This document shows, in pieces, positions 29,520 to 39,683 of a stretch of 64,000 nt of DNA. Position numbers and translations under genes: made by a program. The notes beneath the pieces are model-generated. The model was not told the origin of the DNA, did no database searches, and was given only the letters and a program-made list of their open reading frames with translations. Each line of letters opens with the position of its first letter. Position 1 is the stretch's first letter. Source of the stretch: a virus (taxonomy: Duplodnaviria > Caudoviricetes); the IMG/VR virus record IMGVR_UViG_3300044796_000401; one strand, 5' to 3'.

Positions 29520-29673
29520 AATCCTGAATAGCGGCCCCGTTTTATAGCGTCTACAGGCTCCCTAAGCGGAGGCGGATATGCGATTCCCATGGTTCGAGAA
29601 AATGCGGCGAATGCCGTTCCGGTTCTACAACGGCGCAAAAACGAGGGCGATTGCAGCTTGGGGCAGCGCCAGC

Positions 29674-29913
29674 ATGATGCCCATCTACGACAAGCTGGGC
29701 GGAAGAAGCTGGATTCTTGTCGGCTTTTTCGCCTTGGCGGCGACGGTATTGGCGTGGTACGGCAAGCTGACGGACTCCTACGCGGCGGTCATCACCGCGC
29801 TTTCCGGCTTCCATATCGGGCGGGCCATAGCCCAAGACTACCACGACCGGAAAATGTCCGAAAACGGGAACGGAAACGGAAACCACTCGGTTTCGCCGCC
29901 AGCCGCAAGCTAA
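29674..29913 (+). CDS. Small 2-TM protein, holin-like
   Basis: Two TM segments and a charged C-terminus. Confidence 0.4.
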   Translation: MMPIYDKLGGRSWILVGFFALAATVLAWYGKLTDSYAAVITALSGFHIGRAIAQDYHDRKMSENGNGNGNHSVSPPAAS

Positions 29914-29919
29914 CCGGAC

Positions 29920-30651
29920 ATGGATTCCATAACCTTTTTGACCCCGAATGACCTTTGTTGGCCCCTCGGCGTGCAAGACACGACGCCGCAGTACACCTTC
30001 GGCTCGGGCACCCACCAGCGCAGCCTCAAGGTCGATCCGTATCCCGCCTACCCGCATGATCTGGAGCTTGTGGAAAGAACCCTCGGCCATTGCATGGATG
30101 TCTTCCCCCTCAAGGCTGCCAAGTTCGGGCTGTGGGTGCTGAGCCACGACCTGATCGACAGGATAAACGGGCTCACCTACGAGGATTACGAGTATTACCG
30201 GGAGGACGGCTCCGACTGGGAGGACATGATCCCCCGCTACGACGGCTCCGGCGAGATGCGCAAGTTCTACGGGCAGGCGATCAGCATCGCGCTGGCGGCC
30301 AAGCGCGTTCCTATTCATCCGGCGATGACCCGCTACCTCGTGTCCCACGAATACGGGCACGCCGCCTTCTATGCCGTCGCACGAGCCATGGGCTACAAGG
30401 ACAGCGAGAGGGACAAGCTGGAAGCGAAGTACATGGAGCTTCGGGGAATCGAGGATTACGCCAAGAAATACCGGGGCGGCGACTGGCACCGCAACCCCGG
30501 AGAGATCATCGCCAACGATTTCCGCATATTATTCACAAAGCAAGAAATGGAGTTCTGGCCCCACGACTGTTGTCCGCTTCCGGCATGGTCCCAGCCCGAG
30601 GGGAAGTGGTGGCGGGAAGCGGCTGAGTTGTGCGGGGTGGCACTTAGATGA
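29920..30651 (+). CDS. Zincin-like metallopeptidase
   Basis: VSHEYGH plus downstream EIIANDF. Confidence 0.5.
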   Translation: MDSITFLTPNDLCWPLGVQDTTPQYTFGSGTHQRSLKVDPYPAYPHDLELVERTLGHCMDVFPLKAAKFGLWVLSHDLIDRINGLTYEDYEYYREDGSDWEDMIPRYDGSGEMRKFYGQAISIALAAKRVPIHPAMTRYLVSHEYGHAAFYAVARAMGYKDSERDKLEAKYMELRGIEDYAKKYRGGDWHRNPGEIIANDFRILFTKQEMEFWPHDCCPLPAWSQPEGKWWREAAELCGVALR

Positions 30652-31337
30652 CATCGGGACGAACATACGAGGTTTTCGTGGACGGCAAGCCTGCGGGGCT
30701 TGTGGGGAGCACCGTGAAGACCTTGGAACAGCGCCGGAAAAACAAGTACCCCAAACGATTCGGTTCCACGGTAGAGCTTCGCCTTATCCGGGAAATCCCT
30801 CGTCCGGAAGGCTATTTGGACTTTGACTACAACTTTTACCTCAAGGCCTGCGAGGCGATGGACATCGCGAGGAAAAAGACCTATGTAGAAGACGGGGGAC
30901 TCAACAGGATATCCCCGTTGATTCAAGCACTAGGACACCCGATGCTTGAAAGAGAAATGGGGCGGATAGGCGGACGTACGGCTGCACGTAAGAATATAGA
31001 AAGCGGACAGGTTGCTAAGATTGCTACCTATGAATCCCGCGCTAAAGGTGGACGTACAGGCAGTCGCAAGCACAACGAGCTTTATGGCAACCCAGCCACT
31101 TCTGAGGGGCGTGCTAAAGCCGGGCGCACAAACATAGAGAGCGGGCAAGTTCTAAAACTTGGATACAAGCAAGGACGCAAAAACGCTGAGAGCGGATATA
31201 TTCAAGCCCTCGGGCACAAGCAGGGATGTAAGAACGCCAAGAATGGGCATCTTGCTCGCATTCGTCATATCCGTTGGCATGTCAACCGGAATCTCAATAA
31301 TCCGAATTGCGAACTGTGCAGAAAACACGAGGGATAA
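30648..31337 (+). CDS. GIY-YIG-like homing endonuclease with GRKN.ESG repeats
   Basis: YEV...VGST...R, ...E..I...T..GGLN pattern; C-terminal repeats and HIRWH...CELC. Confidence 0.5.
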   Translation: MTSGRTYEVFVDGKPAGLVGSTVKTLEQRRKNKYPKRFGSTVELRLIREIPRPEGYLDFDYNFYLKACEAMDIARKKTYVEDGGLNRISPLIQALGHPMLEREMGRIGGRTAARKNIESGQVAKIATYESRAKGGRTGSRKHNELYGNPATSEGRAKAGRTNIESGQVLKLGYKQGRKNAESGYIQALGHKQGCKNAKNGHLARIRHIRWHVNRNLNNPNCELCRKHEG

Positions 31338-31610
31338 AATTTCAAAAACTGCTTTTAGTGCGTCGGCACTCCGTGTTGTTCCATGCACCGGACGCAGATC
31401 GCCGCGATCTTGCGCACGACGGCGAGCTTTGCCCTCGGATCATTGGGCGAGGTGGCCGTCTCATCCAGAACCATGCTGTACTGGCGGATGTGGGTGGCGA
31501 ACGCATCAATCTCGTGCGGGTTGCCCCCGAACTTGAGGTCCTGATAGTCCCGTTCGCTGTCAATGGCGGCGTATACAGCGTCTCTAGTGACTTTGTCCAT
31601 TTGCGGCTCC

Positions 31611-32921
31611 TTATTCTTCGAGGAAAATCGGTGTGGACATCGTTTTCGCGTTCCAACGTTTGTTCACGAGAAAAAACGCTTGGGTGGGTGGCTCAAAGCT
31701 GGCTTTGATGCTCACGGCGAAATCATTGTAGCCGATAAGCGATCCGTTGCATATGAAGTTTCCGGTGTTGATGTACTGGTGGTAGTGCCCGAATACGTCG
31801 AGGTTCACGTCGCGGACGGCTTGGTTCCAGTTGGCGATTGCCCTGTTCGCCGGGATCGTGATGCCGCCTATGCCCCCGCTGTACCTAATGGCGTGCCCGT
31901 GGTGCCAGCGGATGACGTAGCTGTCGTCAAACAAGCGGGTGAATGTGTGGTAGCCTTCGCCGATCTGCCACTGGATGCGCTTCTCGCCGTCGAAGTAGCG
32001 GCGGAGATGGTGGTACATCCAATACTCCAAGGAATTCCCGGCTTCTGTCGTGATCATCCGCTTCTTGGTGGTGCGGGCGTGATTGCCGGAATGACAAGGA
32101 ATGAGGAATCGAGTGTCCGGGTCCGTGTTTTCCAGCATGAACTTAAGGCCGCTGACAAGCTGATCTTCCGCGTGCTGGATGGCCTCCATCGGAAGGAGCA
32201 AGTTGCTGGCCGCTGCATCCTCGTGGATGTTGTTCGTGATGAAGTCGCCCAGCAGCGCGATGATGACCTGCTTGATGGCGGTGTCCCGCTTGAGGATATC
32301 AATCAAGCGAAGAGCCCCCTGCCAGAACCGTGCGACACGCGCAGCGCCGATCTCAAGGTTAAACTCGTTAAGACCCGCTACGTGCGTGTTGATGACCTCT
32401 TCCTCAAGGTGCCAGTCGGAAGCGACAACACACGCCACGGACTCGCTGGTGCTGGACGGCGTACGTGGGGCAAGTATGGTGACTTGGGGCGTGTATTGCC
32501 CGAGGGACACAGCGGCTTCCAGTTCTTTTTCAAGCTTAATGATGCGCGTGGCCGCTACTTTTAGCTGTCCCTTGGCGTCCTCTTGCTTGGCCTTGATCTT
32601 CTCTTTTTCCAGATCAAGCTTCAATTCCGGGGTTAACTTTGGTTCAATCGGCGTGGGTGCCTTCGGTTCTGGGGTCAAATCGGCTGCCTCGCACCCGGCC
32701 TCCTTCACCAGATCGCTGAACTTCGGGAAGTAAAGGGAAATGGCCTTGTCGGCGAATTTGCCCTGCTGGCGGTAGAAATCGCGGGTGATTACGGCGTTTG
32801 GAAAGCTCTTGCGGATACTGCGTATGTCATTCAGGAGTTGCTCACGGGAAGCGGTGGCCCTTTTGTGGCCCTCCGCTGTCCTTGACTGGGGTTTCTTAGA
32901 CAAAGTGGACGTTCCCTCCAA
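31611..32921 (-). CDS. Metallophosphoesterase with N-terminal helical/coiled-coil region
   Basis: SDWH, LGDFI, GNH, HHGH, GHYH. Confidence 0.8.
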   Translation of the reverse strand: MEGTSTLSKKPQSRTAEGHKRATASREQLLNDIRSIRKSFPNAVITRDFYRQQGKFADKAISLYFPKFSDLVKEAGCEAADLTPEPKAPTPIEPKLTPELKLDLEKEKIKAKQEDAKGQLKVAATRIIKLEKELEAAVSLGQYTPQVTILAPRTPSSTSESVACVVASDWHLEEEVINTHVAGLNEFNLEIGAARVARFWQGALRLIDILKRDTAIKQVIIALLGDFITNNIHEDAAASNLLLPMEAIQHAEDQLVSGLKFMLENTDPDTRFLIPCHSGNHARTTKKRMITTEAGNSLEYWMYHHLRRYFDGEKRIQWQIGEGYHTFTRLFDDSYVIRWHHGHAIRYSGGIGGITIPANRAIANWNQAVRDVNLDVFGHYHQYINTGNFICNGSLIGYNDFAVSIKASFEPPTQAFFLVNKRWNAKTMSTPIFLEE

Positions 32922-33119
32922 CGGAACTTTCTACTTAAGAACTCAATAGCTCTGGCACAGCATAATTGGTGTCCCCATCCGTGCGAGCAAGCTGCACGCC
33001 GGGAACAACGCTCAGACCTTCAATACTCGTTATCGCTTGGAAATACCGTATTTGAAATACATTAGATGGGGAGTGCGTGAGCGCTGCCTTTCGGTTTTTC
33101 CAGTGTTGTTGGGGATACA

Positions 33120-33824
33120 ATGGAGCTATCTAGTAGGCGCATCAAAAATCTGGCGGGGCGAACAATGGGCTGCTGGGCCGTGCTGGATTGTGCGGGCAAC
33201 AACAAGCACGGGCAAGCCATGTGGAACTGCCGATGCGGATGCGGGCTTGAACGGGTCGTGCGGGGGGGTCGGCTTTTGGGGGGTCGGAGCATTTCCCGTG
33301 GCTGCGAGAAAATCAGCAGCCTCACCGGACGCAAATTCGGTAAATTGCTGGTTCTACAGCGGCTTCCCGCTTCATCCGCAAGACAGTCTGTTTGGCTCTG
33401 CCGCTGCGATTGTGGCGAAAAAGGCGCTGTTCATGGCACCAATTTATTGAGAAACCTAGTTAAAAGCTGCGGCTGTTTACGCCGTGAAATCACGCAAGCT
33501 CGAATGACTGGGCCTTCCAATCCCGGCTGGAGGGGAGGCATAACCCCTGAAGTCCAACGGATTAGAAACCATCGAAAAACGAGAAACTGGAAACGATCCG
33601 TATTTAAGCGGGACAACTTTACTTGCCAAAAGTGCAATGTCCGTGGCGGACGATTGGAAGCCGACCGCCACCCAAGGCCGTTTCGAAGCTTGGTCGTGGA
33701 AATCACAGGGTTGTACGGCACAGCCAATCTACACGAAAAGGCGCTGGAATACGCCCCGATGTGGGATATCGACAACGGCCGAACACTATGCTATGAATGC
33801 CACGGAGGAAAATCAAATGCTTAA
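33120..33824 (+). CDS. HNH homing endonuclease with Cys-rich N-terminal repeats
   Basis: GRKFGKL..WLCRCDCG..SCGC; WRGG; CQKC...RTLCYECH. Confidence 0.75.
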   Translation: MELSSRRIKNLAGRTMGCWAVLDCAGNNKHGQAMWNCRCGCGLERVVRGGRLLGGRSISRGCEKISSLTGRKFGKLLVLQRLPASSARQSVWLCRCDCGEKGAVHGTNLLRNLVKSCGCLRREITQARMTGPSNPGWRGGITPEVQRIRNHRKTRNWKRSVFKRDNFTCQKCNVRGGRLEADRHPRPFRSLVVEITGLYGTANLHEKALEYAPMWDIDNGRTLCYECHGGKSNA

Positions 33825-35397
33825 ATCGGCCGATAAACTACCAAATATGCACAGCACGGAGGTTCGTGGATTGCCGATAGTCATTCAATGGCCTCGCGGC
33901 AGCATCCGGGTGGGCAAGCGCGAAGACGGCACCGAATTCAAGTCAGAGATGAAGTCAGATTACGGTTATGTGCCCGGAACGACGGACGCCGATAATGATG
34001 GCCGTATTGATGTGTACATCGGGCCGGACGAAAAAGCCGAATATGCCTATGCGGTTGAACAACTCAAGGATGACGGCTCGTTCGACGAATACAAAGTCAT
34101 GTTGAATTTCTCCTCTTTGGAAGACGCCGAGGAAATATACGCCGTCCATGCGGGGGAGGACCGCCTCGGGGAGATTCAGGAAATCCCGTTCGACGAGTTC
34201 GCCGAACAGGTTCAGGCCCACCAAAAAACACGGACACCGGATCGCCAAGAAAAACTGGAAGAAAAGACCGCCGGGGAGCACGCCCTGATCGAGGCTTACG
34301 TAAAAAATTATGCCCATGAAATTGACTTCTATGAAGAGGTCGCCCATCTTGCACAAGACAAGCTCGACTCCGCCTTGCAGGACGGGGGCATCAAGGCGGT
34401 CGTGTCATCCCGTGCAAAACGCCCCAGCCGCCTAGAAAAGAAGCTCCTCAAGCGCGAGTCGGAGAAAGGCTACAAGACCTTCCGCAATATTACCGACGAC
34501 ATCGTGGACCTCGCGGGATGCCGCGTGGCGCTCTATATGCCCAAAGACCGCGAAGAGGTGGGGGCGATCATCCAAGAACTGTTCACCGAGGTCCGCCCGA
34601 CCAAACACTTTCCCGAGGATAGGGGGCCGGGAGACTCCCTCGGCTATGTCGCCGACCACTATTTGGTGAAGCTCAAGCCCGAAGCCCTGCGGAAGAAAGA
34701 ATTCCGGTATGCCGACACGCAGGTCGAGATACAAGTGGCGAGCGTGCTGATGGCCGCTTGGGCTGAAGTTTGTCACGACCTCATCTACAAGCCGGAGAAG
34801 GGCAAGCTGACTCCCGCGGAAATGAGCCTGCTCAAGGACCTGAACGACATCGTGCAAATGGGCGAGCAGCAGCTTGAGAAGCTCCAGAACGCCATCGAGC
34901 ACCGCACGTCGGAAGACCTGAGGTTCGACATCGTGGCGACGCTGGAGAAGCTCGCCAAGATCGGCCGCGGCGACGTGGAAGAGTTCAGGTTGCAGGCGGG
35001 CAAGATCGCAGCCGGATTTAACCCCAAGGACATCTGGCGCTACGGCGGCTGGCTCCTTTCCAATACGAATGTCGTGCCTTCGGTGGGGAACGAGAAGACG
35101 GCTTTGGATAACGGCGCGGCGAAATTCGACCTTGACATGTCCGGGGCGATGGTGATCGAGCGCAAGGGTGGCGACCGCCACGCGGAAGCCCGCCTTATGG
35201 ACTTCATCAAGAAATTCCCCCCGCCCGAAACTCTTCTCCTGAAGTTCAAAAGCGTCGGCGCGGAAGAGGATGCCGCAAAGCTTCTGAAGGACCTCGGCGT
35301 CACTGCTGCGGCTCCGACACAGCCCGCCAAGAGCCAATGGGCATCGTACTTGAAAGCCCGGCTGGCGATGATCAAGTCCGGCAGAAACCCCCAGTAA
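33817..35397 (+). CDS. Polyvalent protein: inorganic-pyrophosphatase-like domain plus RelA/SpoT nucleotidyltransferase
   Basis: DYGYVPGTTDADNDGRIDVYIG..EYKVM; SRAKR...KKL, DLAGCRV, GYVADHYLV, VEIQVASVLMAAWAEVCHDLIYK. Confidence 0.85.
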   Translation: MLKSADKLPNMHSTEVRGLPIVIQWPRGSIRVGKREDGTEFKSEMKSDYGYVPGTTDADNDGRIDVYIGPDEKAEYAYAVEQLKDDGSFDEYKVMLNFSSLEDAEEIYAVHAGEDRLGEIQEIPFDEFAEQVQAHQKTRTPDRQEKLEEKTAGEHALIEAYVKNYAHEIDFYEEVAHLAQDKLDSALQDGGIKAVVSSRAKRPSRLEKKLLKRESEKGYKTFRNITDDIVDLAGCRVALYMPKDREEVGAIIQELFTEVRPTKHFPEDRGPGDSLGYVADHYLVKLKPEALRKKEFRYADTQVEIQVASVLMAAWAEVCHDLIYKPEKGKLTPAEMSLLKDLNDIVQMGEQQLEKLQNAIEHRTSEDLRFDIVATLEKLAKIGRGDVEEFRLQAGKIAAGFNPKDIWRYGGWLLSNTNVVPSVGNEKTALDNGAAKFDLDMSGAMVIERKGGDRHAEARLMDFIKKFPPPETLLLKFKSVGAEEDAAKLLKDLGVTAAAPTQPAKSQWASYLKARLAMIKSGRNPQ

Positions 35398-35460
35398 AAC
35401 AGGCAAAATGACAACTTCGGAGAAACCTCGATTTTCCAGTACCTTAAGATAGAGGGTATC

Positions 35461-38439
35461 GTGGAATCATCATTGCTCAAATCCGCCATCAGTGTCGCAC
35501 CCGAGAACGGAAAAATCGCCAAGACCACGGCCAAGCATGCCAGCACGCAAATCAACCTCCCGGAGGAACTGGCCGAGAAGCTACGGGAAGCCGTGCGGGA
35601 GGTCATCCCGGAGTCCGACCTCATGGCTGACGGCTACGAGGAAAATTTGCACGTGACGACCAAATACGGGGTTAAAGAGTCCGAAGACGACCTCGTCAAA
35701 GCGGTTGCCGGGCAAGCTGCGTTCGTCGTCGAGTTGGGCAAGACGCACGTCTTCGACCCGAGCGAGTCCAGCGACGGCGCGGCCCCGGTAGCGGTCTTGG
35801 TCGATGCTCCCGAGCTTCACGAACTGCATACGGCTATCGACAAGGCCATGGGCGTCAAGGAAGACAGCTTTCCGGACTACTTACCGCACGTTTGTTTGGC
35901 GTACGTCAAGCCCGAGGCCGCGAGCAAGTACGAAGGCTTGGACATCTTCAAAGGCATCGCCTTCGAGGCCGACAGCATCACCATCTCGAAGAAGGACAGG
36001 GTTTGCGTCGCCGTGCCGTTCGGGAAGGCCAAGACGGCGGCGAGCGACAGGGGAAGCTGCGTGACTCTGGCAGCCGATGCGGAGGGATTCCCGCCCGCGG
36101 TGGTCGTCCGCTTTCCGCAGCGCGGCATGCAGTGGCGTCAGGTGCTCAAGATTGTAAAACAAATTGTCGGAGAGGTCGCCGGGAAGCGCGTCCCTTGGAG
36201 AGACATCCGTATCTTCGAAAACCCGTGGGGCGGATACGCCGAACAGCAAGAGAGATTCCCCGAATGGGCGGCCAAGCAGAAACTCGTGATGTACGACATC
36301 ATGCCCGACGGGTCGTTCCAATCGGTCGGGAAGCCCCATGCCCCGCTTGCGATCCAAGGCAGCCACAAGACCCCGCCGCTCTCCGACACCGTGTACGAGA
36401 ACCCGGAAATCGGGCAGGAGACCAATGCCTATGCCGACATCCCGGAGCGCGTGAAGGGCGTCGAAGCCCTTCCGACTCTGGAGGAACTTGCGCCGGAGAT
36501 GTTCGAAAAGAAGGCAGCCGGATTTCCATCCTTGGAAGAAGTGCTCGAATACGGCGGCGGCAGCGTCGAAAGCGTGGTCAACGACCTCGTGGACTGGGAA
36601 CCGCTCCGCAAAAAGGTAAAGAATTTACCTGAAGCCGAGCAGGAAACCGCCCTCAACAAGCTGGGCTTGAAGGAGGTCACCCGGCGTTGGAAACAAGTCA
36701 ATGCGCTCATGCAATCGCACAAATTCCCGCTCACCGTCTACCGCGGCGTTTGCGCGAACAGCGCGAAAGAGGTCGTCACCGATCCCGATTTCGTGTCCAA
36801 GGAAAGCATAACGGGACGTGGGCTGGGGGTCTATTGGGCATACGACGAAGATAGCGCCTACCTGAGCAAGGAGCTTCTCCACAATTGTCCGGCGTGGGGC
36901 AAGAAGGGCATCATCATGTTCCGCGCCGTCATCTCCGATCCCTCCAAGGTGGATTGGCTGCATACGGCTTGGACAAACCTTGCGGCGGAGGACGAGAAAG
37001 AAGTCCATCTGGTCAAGGGCGCTCGAATCCAAGTCACGGGCGTGAAGAAATATGGCGAGACCACATGGCGCAATCCGCCTCCGAGGTTCCGCAGCGTGAC
37101 CGCCGTCTTCGCCGAGGCGCAGAACCAAGTGCAGCACACCGACCACAAGCCGGTCGGCATGTACAAGACCCCCAAGCGCGACCCGTTCCAAGAGGAATGG
37201 GATTTGTTCGCTCCGAAGGACGAGCCCGAGGCGCAGGAGCCGGAGACGAACGCCCCCATGACGCCGGGCGGGGAGATCAAGAGCCTTTTGAACAAGGCTG
37301 CCGCCAAGGCAACCTACGTGACGCTGTGGGATTTGGTGAATATCGCTGGCGGGCCGCTCCGCATCAAGAACCAGTGCAAGACCCCCGAGGAGGCGCTGGC
37401 ATTGCTCAACGACACCCACGCGAAATACCTCAGGAACTTGCGGACGAAATTCATCGGCATGCATGTGGTTCCCGAAGATCCGTCAAGGATCGCCGCTTGG
37501 GTCGAGCAGCTGTATTCCGAAAACAAAAAGACTGCCGCGCCGCTTCACGATGAAGCGAAGCAAAAGACATATTATCATGGCACCGATGAAGAAGCTCGGG
37601 CTCAAGCCATTCTCAAAGAGGGCATCCAGCCCCGCGAAATTATCCTGCCAAACAAAGCCAAGAGCCGGGCGATGCAAGCTCCGGTGCCGGATCGTGTTTA
37701 TCTGACTGACAGCTTTGGTTATGCCGCGATTTACGCCTTGGGCGGTCAAGCGTTCGGAATGGGGCTCAGCGACCGGACGAAAACCAATTATACCGCCGAC
37801 ATGTGGCTCAAGAATCACATCAAGGCGGGAGAATACGGATACATTTTCGAGGTGCGGGGAGCCGACCTCGCCGGGGATGTGGTGCCTGACGAGGATAGCA
37901 TCGGCGAAGCCCTCGCGTGGATGATCGACTACAAAAAGGATACGCGCAGGCTGGAAGAGCTTGAGACCCAGCCCGAACGCTGGAAGGGCGAGAAGGAAGG
38001 CTTGCAGCGCGGCTTGAAGGCCGTCATGGAGCAGCCGATCGCCAAAGCCCCGGAAGACATTCAAAACCGGCTTGCCTGGCTCAAGACTTACCTGACACCG
38101 GCGCAACTGGACCGCATCGACGAAGCGGCCGTGCAGTCGCAGGTCGGCAAAAAGCTCCAGAAGCGGCTGCCGCCCGATGTCGCCGAATGGCTTCTCGACC
38201 ACGGGGCTCACGTTGCGCACCAAGGCCCCGTATTCCCGGATCGCTGCTGGCGCTTCGGCAAGAAAGACGCCCTATATACCACAGACTTGCAAAGCATCCT
38301 GCAAGAAGTCCCCATTCGGAAGATAGCCGCGGCACAGCCAGTCGCCCCCGTGTATTTCTACATAGAAGTGCCGCGCTGGGCTCGGGAACGCTTCTGTCGC
38401 CTTCACCACATTGAAGAGAAGGACAAATACGATGTTTGA
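35461..38439 (+). CDS. Polyvalent protein: 2H phosphoesterase plus two ADP-ribosyltransferase-like domains
   Basis: LHVTTKYG / PHVCLAY (paired HxT/C motifs); VYRGV..GVYW..EKEV; YYHGT..ILKEGI..VYLT...YIFEV. Confidence 0.75.
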   Translation: MESSLLKSAISVAPENGKIAKTTAKHASTQINLPEELAEKLREAVREVIPESDLMADGYEENLHVTTKYGVKESEDDLVKAVAGQAAFVVELGKTHVFDPSESSDGAAPVAVLVDAPELHELHTAIDKAMGVKEDSFPDYLPHVCLAYVKPEAASKYEGLDIFKGIAFEADSITISKKDRVCVAVPFGKAKTAASDRGSCVTLAADAEGFPPAVVVRFPQRGMQWRQVLKIVKQIVGEVAGKRVPWRDIRIFENPWGGYAEQQERFPEWAAKQKLVMYDIMPDGSFQSVGKPHAPLAIQGSHKTPPLSDTVYENPEIGQETNAYADIPERVKGVEALPTLEELAPEMFEKKAAGFPSLEEVLEYGGGSVESVVNDLVDWEPLRKKVKNLPEAEQETALNKLGLKEVTRRWKQVNALMQSHKFPLTVYRGVCANSAKEVVTDPDFVSKESITGRGLGVYWAYDEDSAYLSKELLHNCPAWGKKGIIMFRAVISDPSKVDWLHTAWTNLAAEDEKEVHLVKGARIQVTGVKKYGETTWRNPPPRFRSVTAVFAEAQNQVQHTDHKPVGMYKTPKRDPFQEEWDLFAPKDEPEAQEPETNAPMTPGGEIKSLLNKAAAKATYVTLWDLVNIAGGPLRIKNQCKTPEEALALLNDTHAKYLRNLRTKFIGMHVVPEDPSRIAAWVEQLYSENKKTAAPLHDEAKQKTYYHGTDEEARAQAILKEGIQPREIILPNKAKSRAMQAPVPDRVYLTDSFGYAAIYALGGQAFGMGLSDRTKTNYTADMWLKNHIKAGEYGYIFEVRGADLAGDVVPDEDSIGEALAWMIDYKKDTRRLEELETQPERWKGEKEGLQRGLKAVMEQPIAKAPEDIQNRLAWLKTYLTPAQLDRIDEAAVQSQVGKKLQKRLPPDVAEWLLDHGAHVAHQGPVFPDRCWRFGKKDALYTTDLQSILQEVPIRKIAAAQPVAPVYFYIEVPRWARERFCRLHHIEEKDKYDV

Positions 38440-39316
38440 TGATGCCGTCCTCTGCCAGAAAAACGTTGTTTACTGTTTTCGTAACAAGATAACAGGTAAA
38501 GTGTATATAGGAAAAACTGTTAAGTCCATGCGGACACGCTGGAAAACCCATCATTGGCATGCTTTTTCAAATAATAGCCCCGCCTTCTTCCATCGGGCGC
38601 TGCGTAAATATGGAGAAGAAGCATTTGAACTTAGCATCCTCGCAACCGCCACTACCAATGATGAACTTTGTCGTTTGGAAAAGAAGTACATTCAAGAACT
38701 GCAAGCTGATAACGCGGATACTGGATACAACCTCACGTCTGGAGGAGAAGGAAGCATTGGATACCATCCGAGTAAAGAGACACGTTTGAAGCTCAGCCGA
38801 GCAACGTCTGGGACTAGAAACCCGAATTATGGCAAAGCCAGTGTTTGGAGGGGAAAACCCCTGCCGTTGGCCGCCAAGATAAAATTAAGCATAGCCAATT
38901 CCGGCTCCTCTCATCCGTTGCACGGTCAACAATTCTCAGAGGATAAAATTGGGGCATTTAAGAGCCTCTTGGGGGGAGTAAAGCAAAAACAAAGAAAGGT
39001 GAAATACGCCCCGTCTGAAGAAACTCGCAGAAAAATCAGCCTCGCTAATCGGGGAAAAGTGAAACAAGCACCGTCTGAAGAAACGCGTAGGAAGATCAGC
39101 CTCGCTAACCGAGGCAAAGTTAGGTCGGAAGAATCACGCCAACGCTATCGTGAATCAAAAACTGGGGCAAAGAACCCGCAGTTTGGAAAGCCCGGCACGA
39201 AGCGGGGCACAAAATGGATACACCAAGAATCGGGAAAAGCAAAGATGGTACCCTTAAATGAAGTGCCAGAATCTTTGAATGCGGGCTGGCTGCTTGGTAT
39301 GGGAGCAAGGTCATGA
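38432..39316 (+). CDS. GIY-YIG homing endonuclease with NUMOD3 repeats
   Basis: VVYCFRNKITGKVYIGKT...R, LE..YI, GYNLT.GGEG; SEETRRKIS repeats (60-bp period at 39011/39071). Confidence 0.9.
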   Translation: MFDDAVLCQKNVVYCFRNKITGKVYIGKTVKSMRTRWKTHHWHAFSNNSPAFFHRALRKYGEEAFELSILATATTNDELCRLEKKYIQELQADNADTGYNLTSGGEGSIGYHPSKETRLKLSRATSGTRNPNYGKASVWRGKPLPLAAKIKLSIANSGSSHPLHGQQFSEDKIGAFKSLLGGVKQKQRKVKYAPSEETRRKISLANRGKVKQAPSEETRRKISLANRGKVRSEESRQRYRESKTGAKNPQFGKPGTKRGTKWIHQESGKAKMVPLNEVPESLNAGWLLGMGARS

Positions 39317-39683
39317 CCGACCACAACCTCGAATTCTGGGCGTTCCGCGACCGCCCGCGGTGCTTCTACGACCAGAAGATCGTCTTCACGTTCGACCGCA
39401 AGCCCATCGCGGAAGCGACGGTGCTGAAGATCGAGGAGCCAGGCCAGAGCGTATGCAGCGAAACTCAAGAGTACCTTAACTACTACAAAGTTCTTTGGCG
39501 TCCGGATACCTTCAGGAAATATACCCAAGCAGGTTAAAAGGCATTTGATAAATCGACTTTCGCCTGTGCCGCATCCGAAGGGCGGTGGCACATAAACGGG
39601 AATCTGTCAACGCTATTTAGGGGAATTATACGCTTGATTCCACAGATTTAGACCCTTTGTTTTGAAGGCTATGCGCTTCACCC

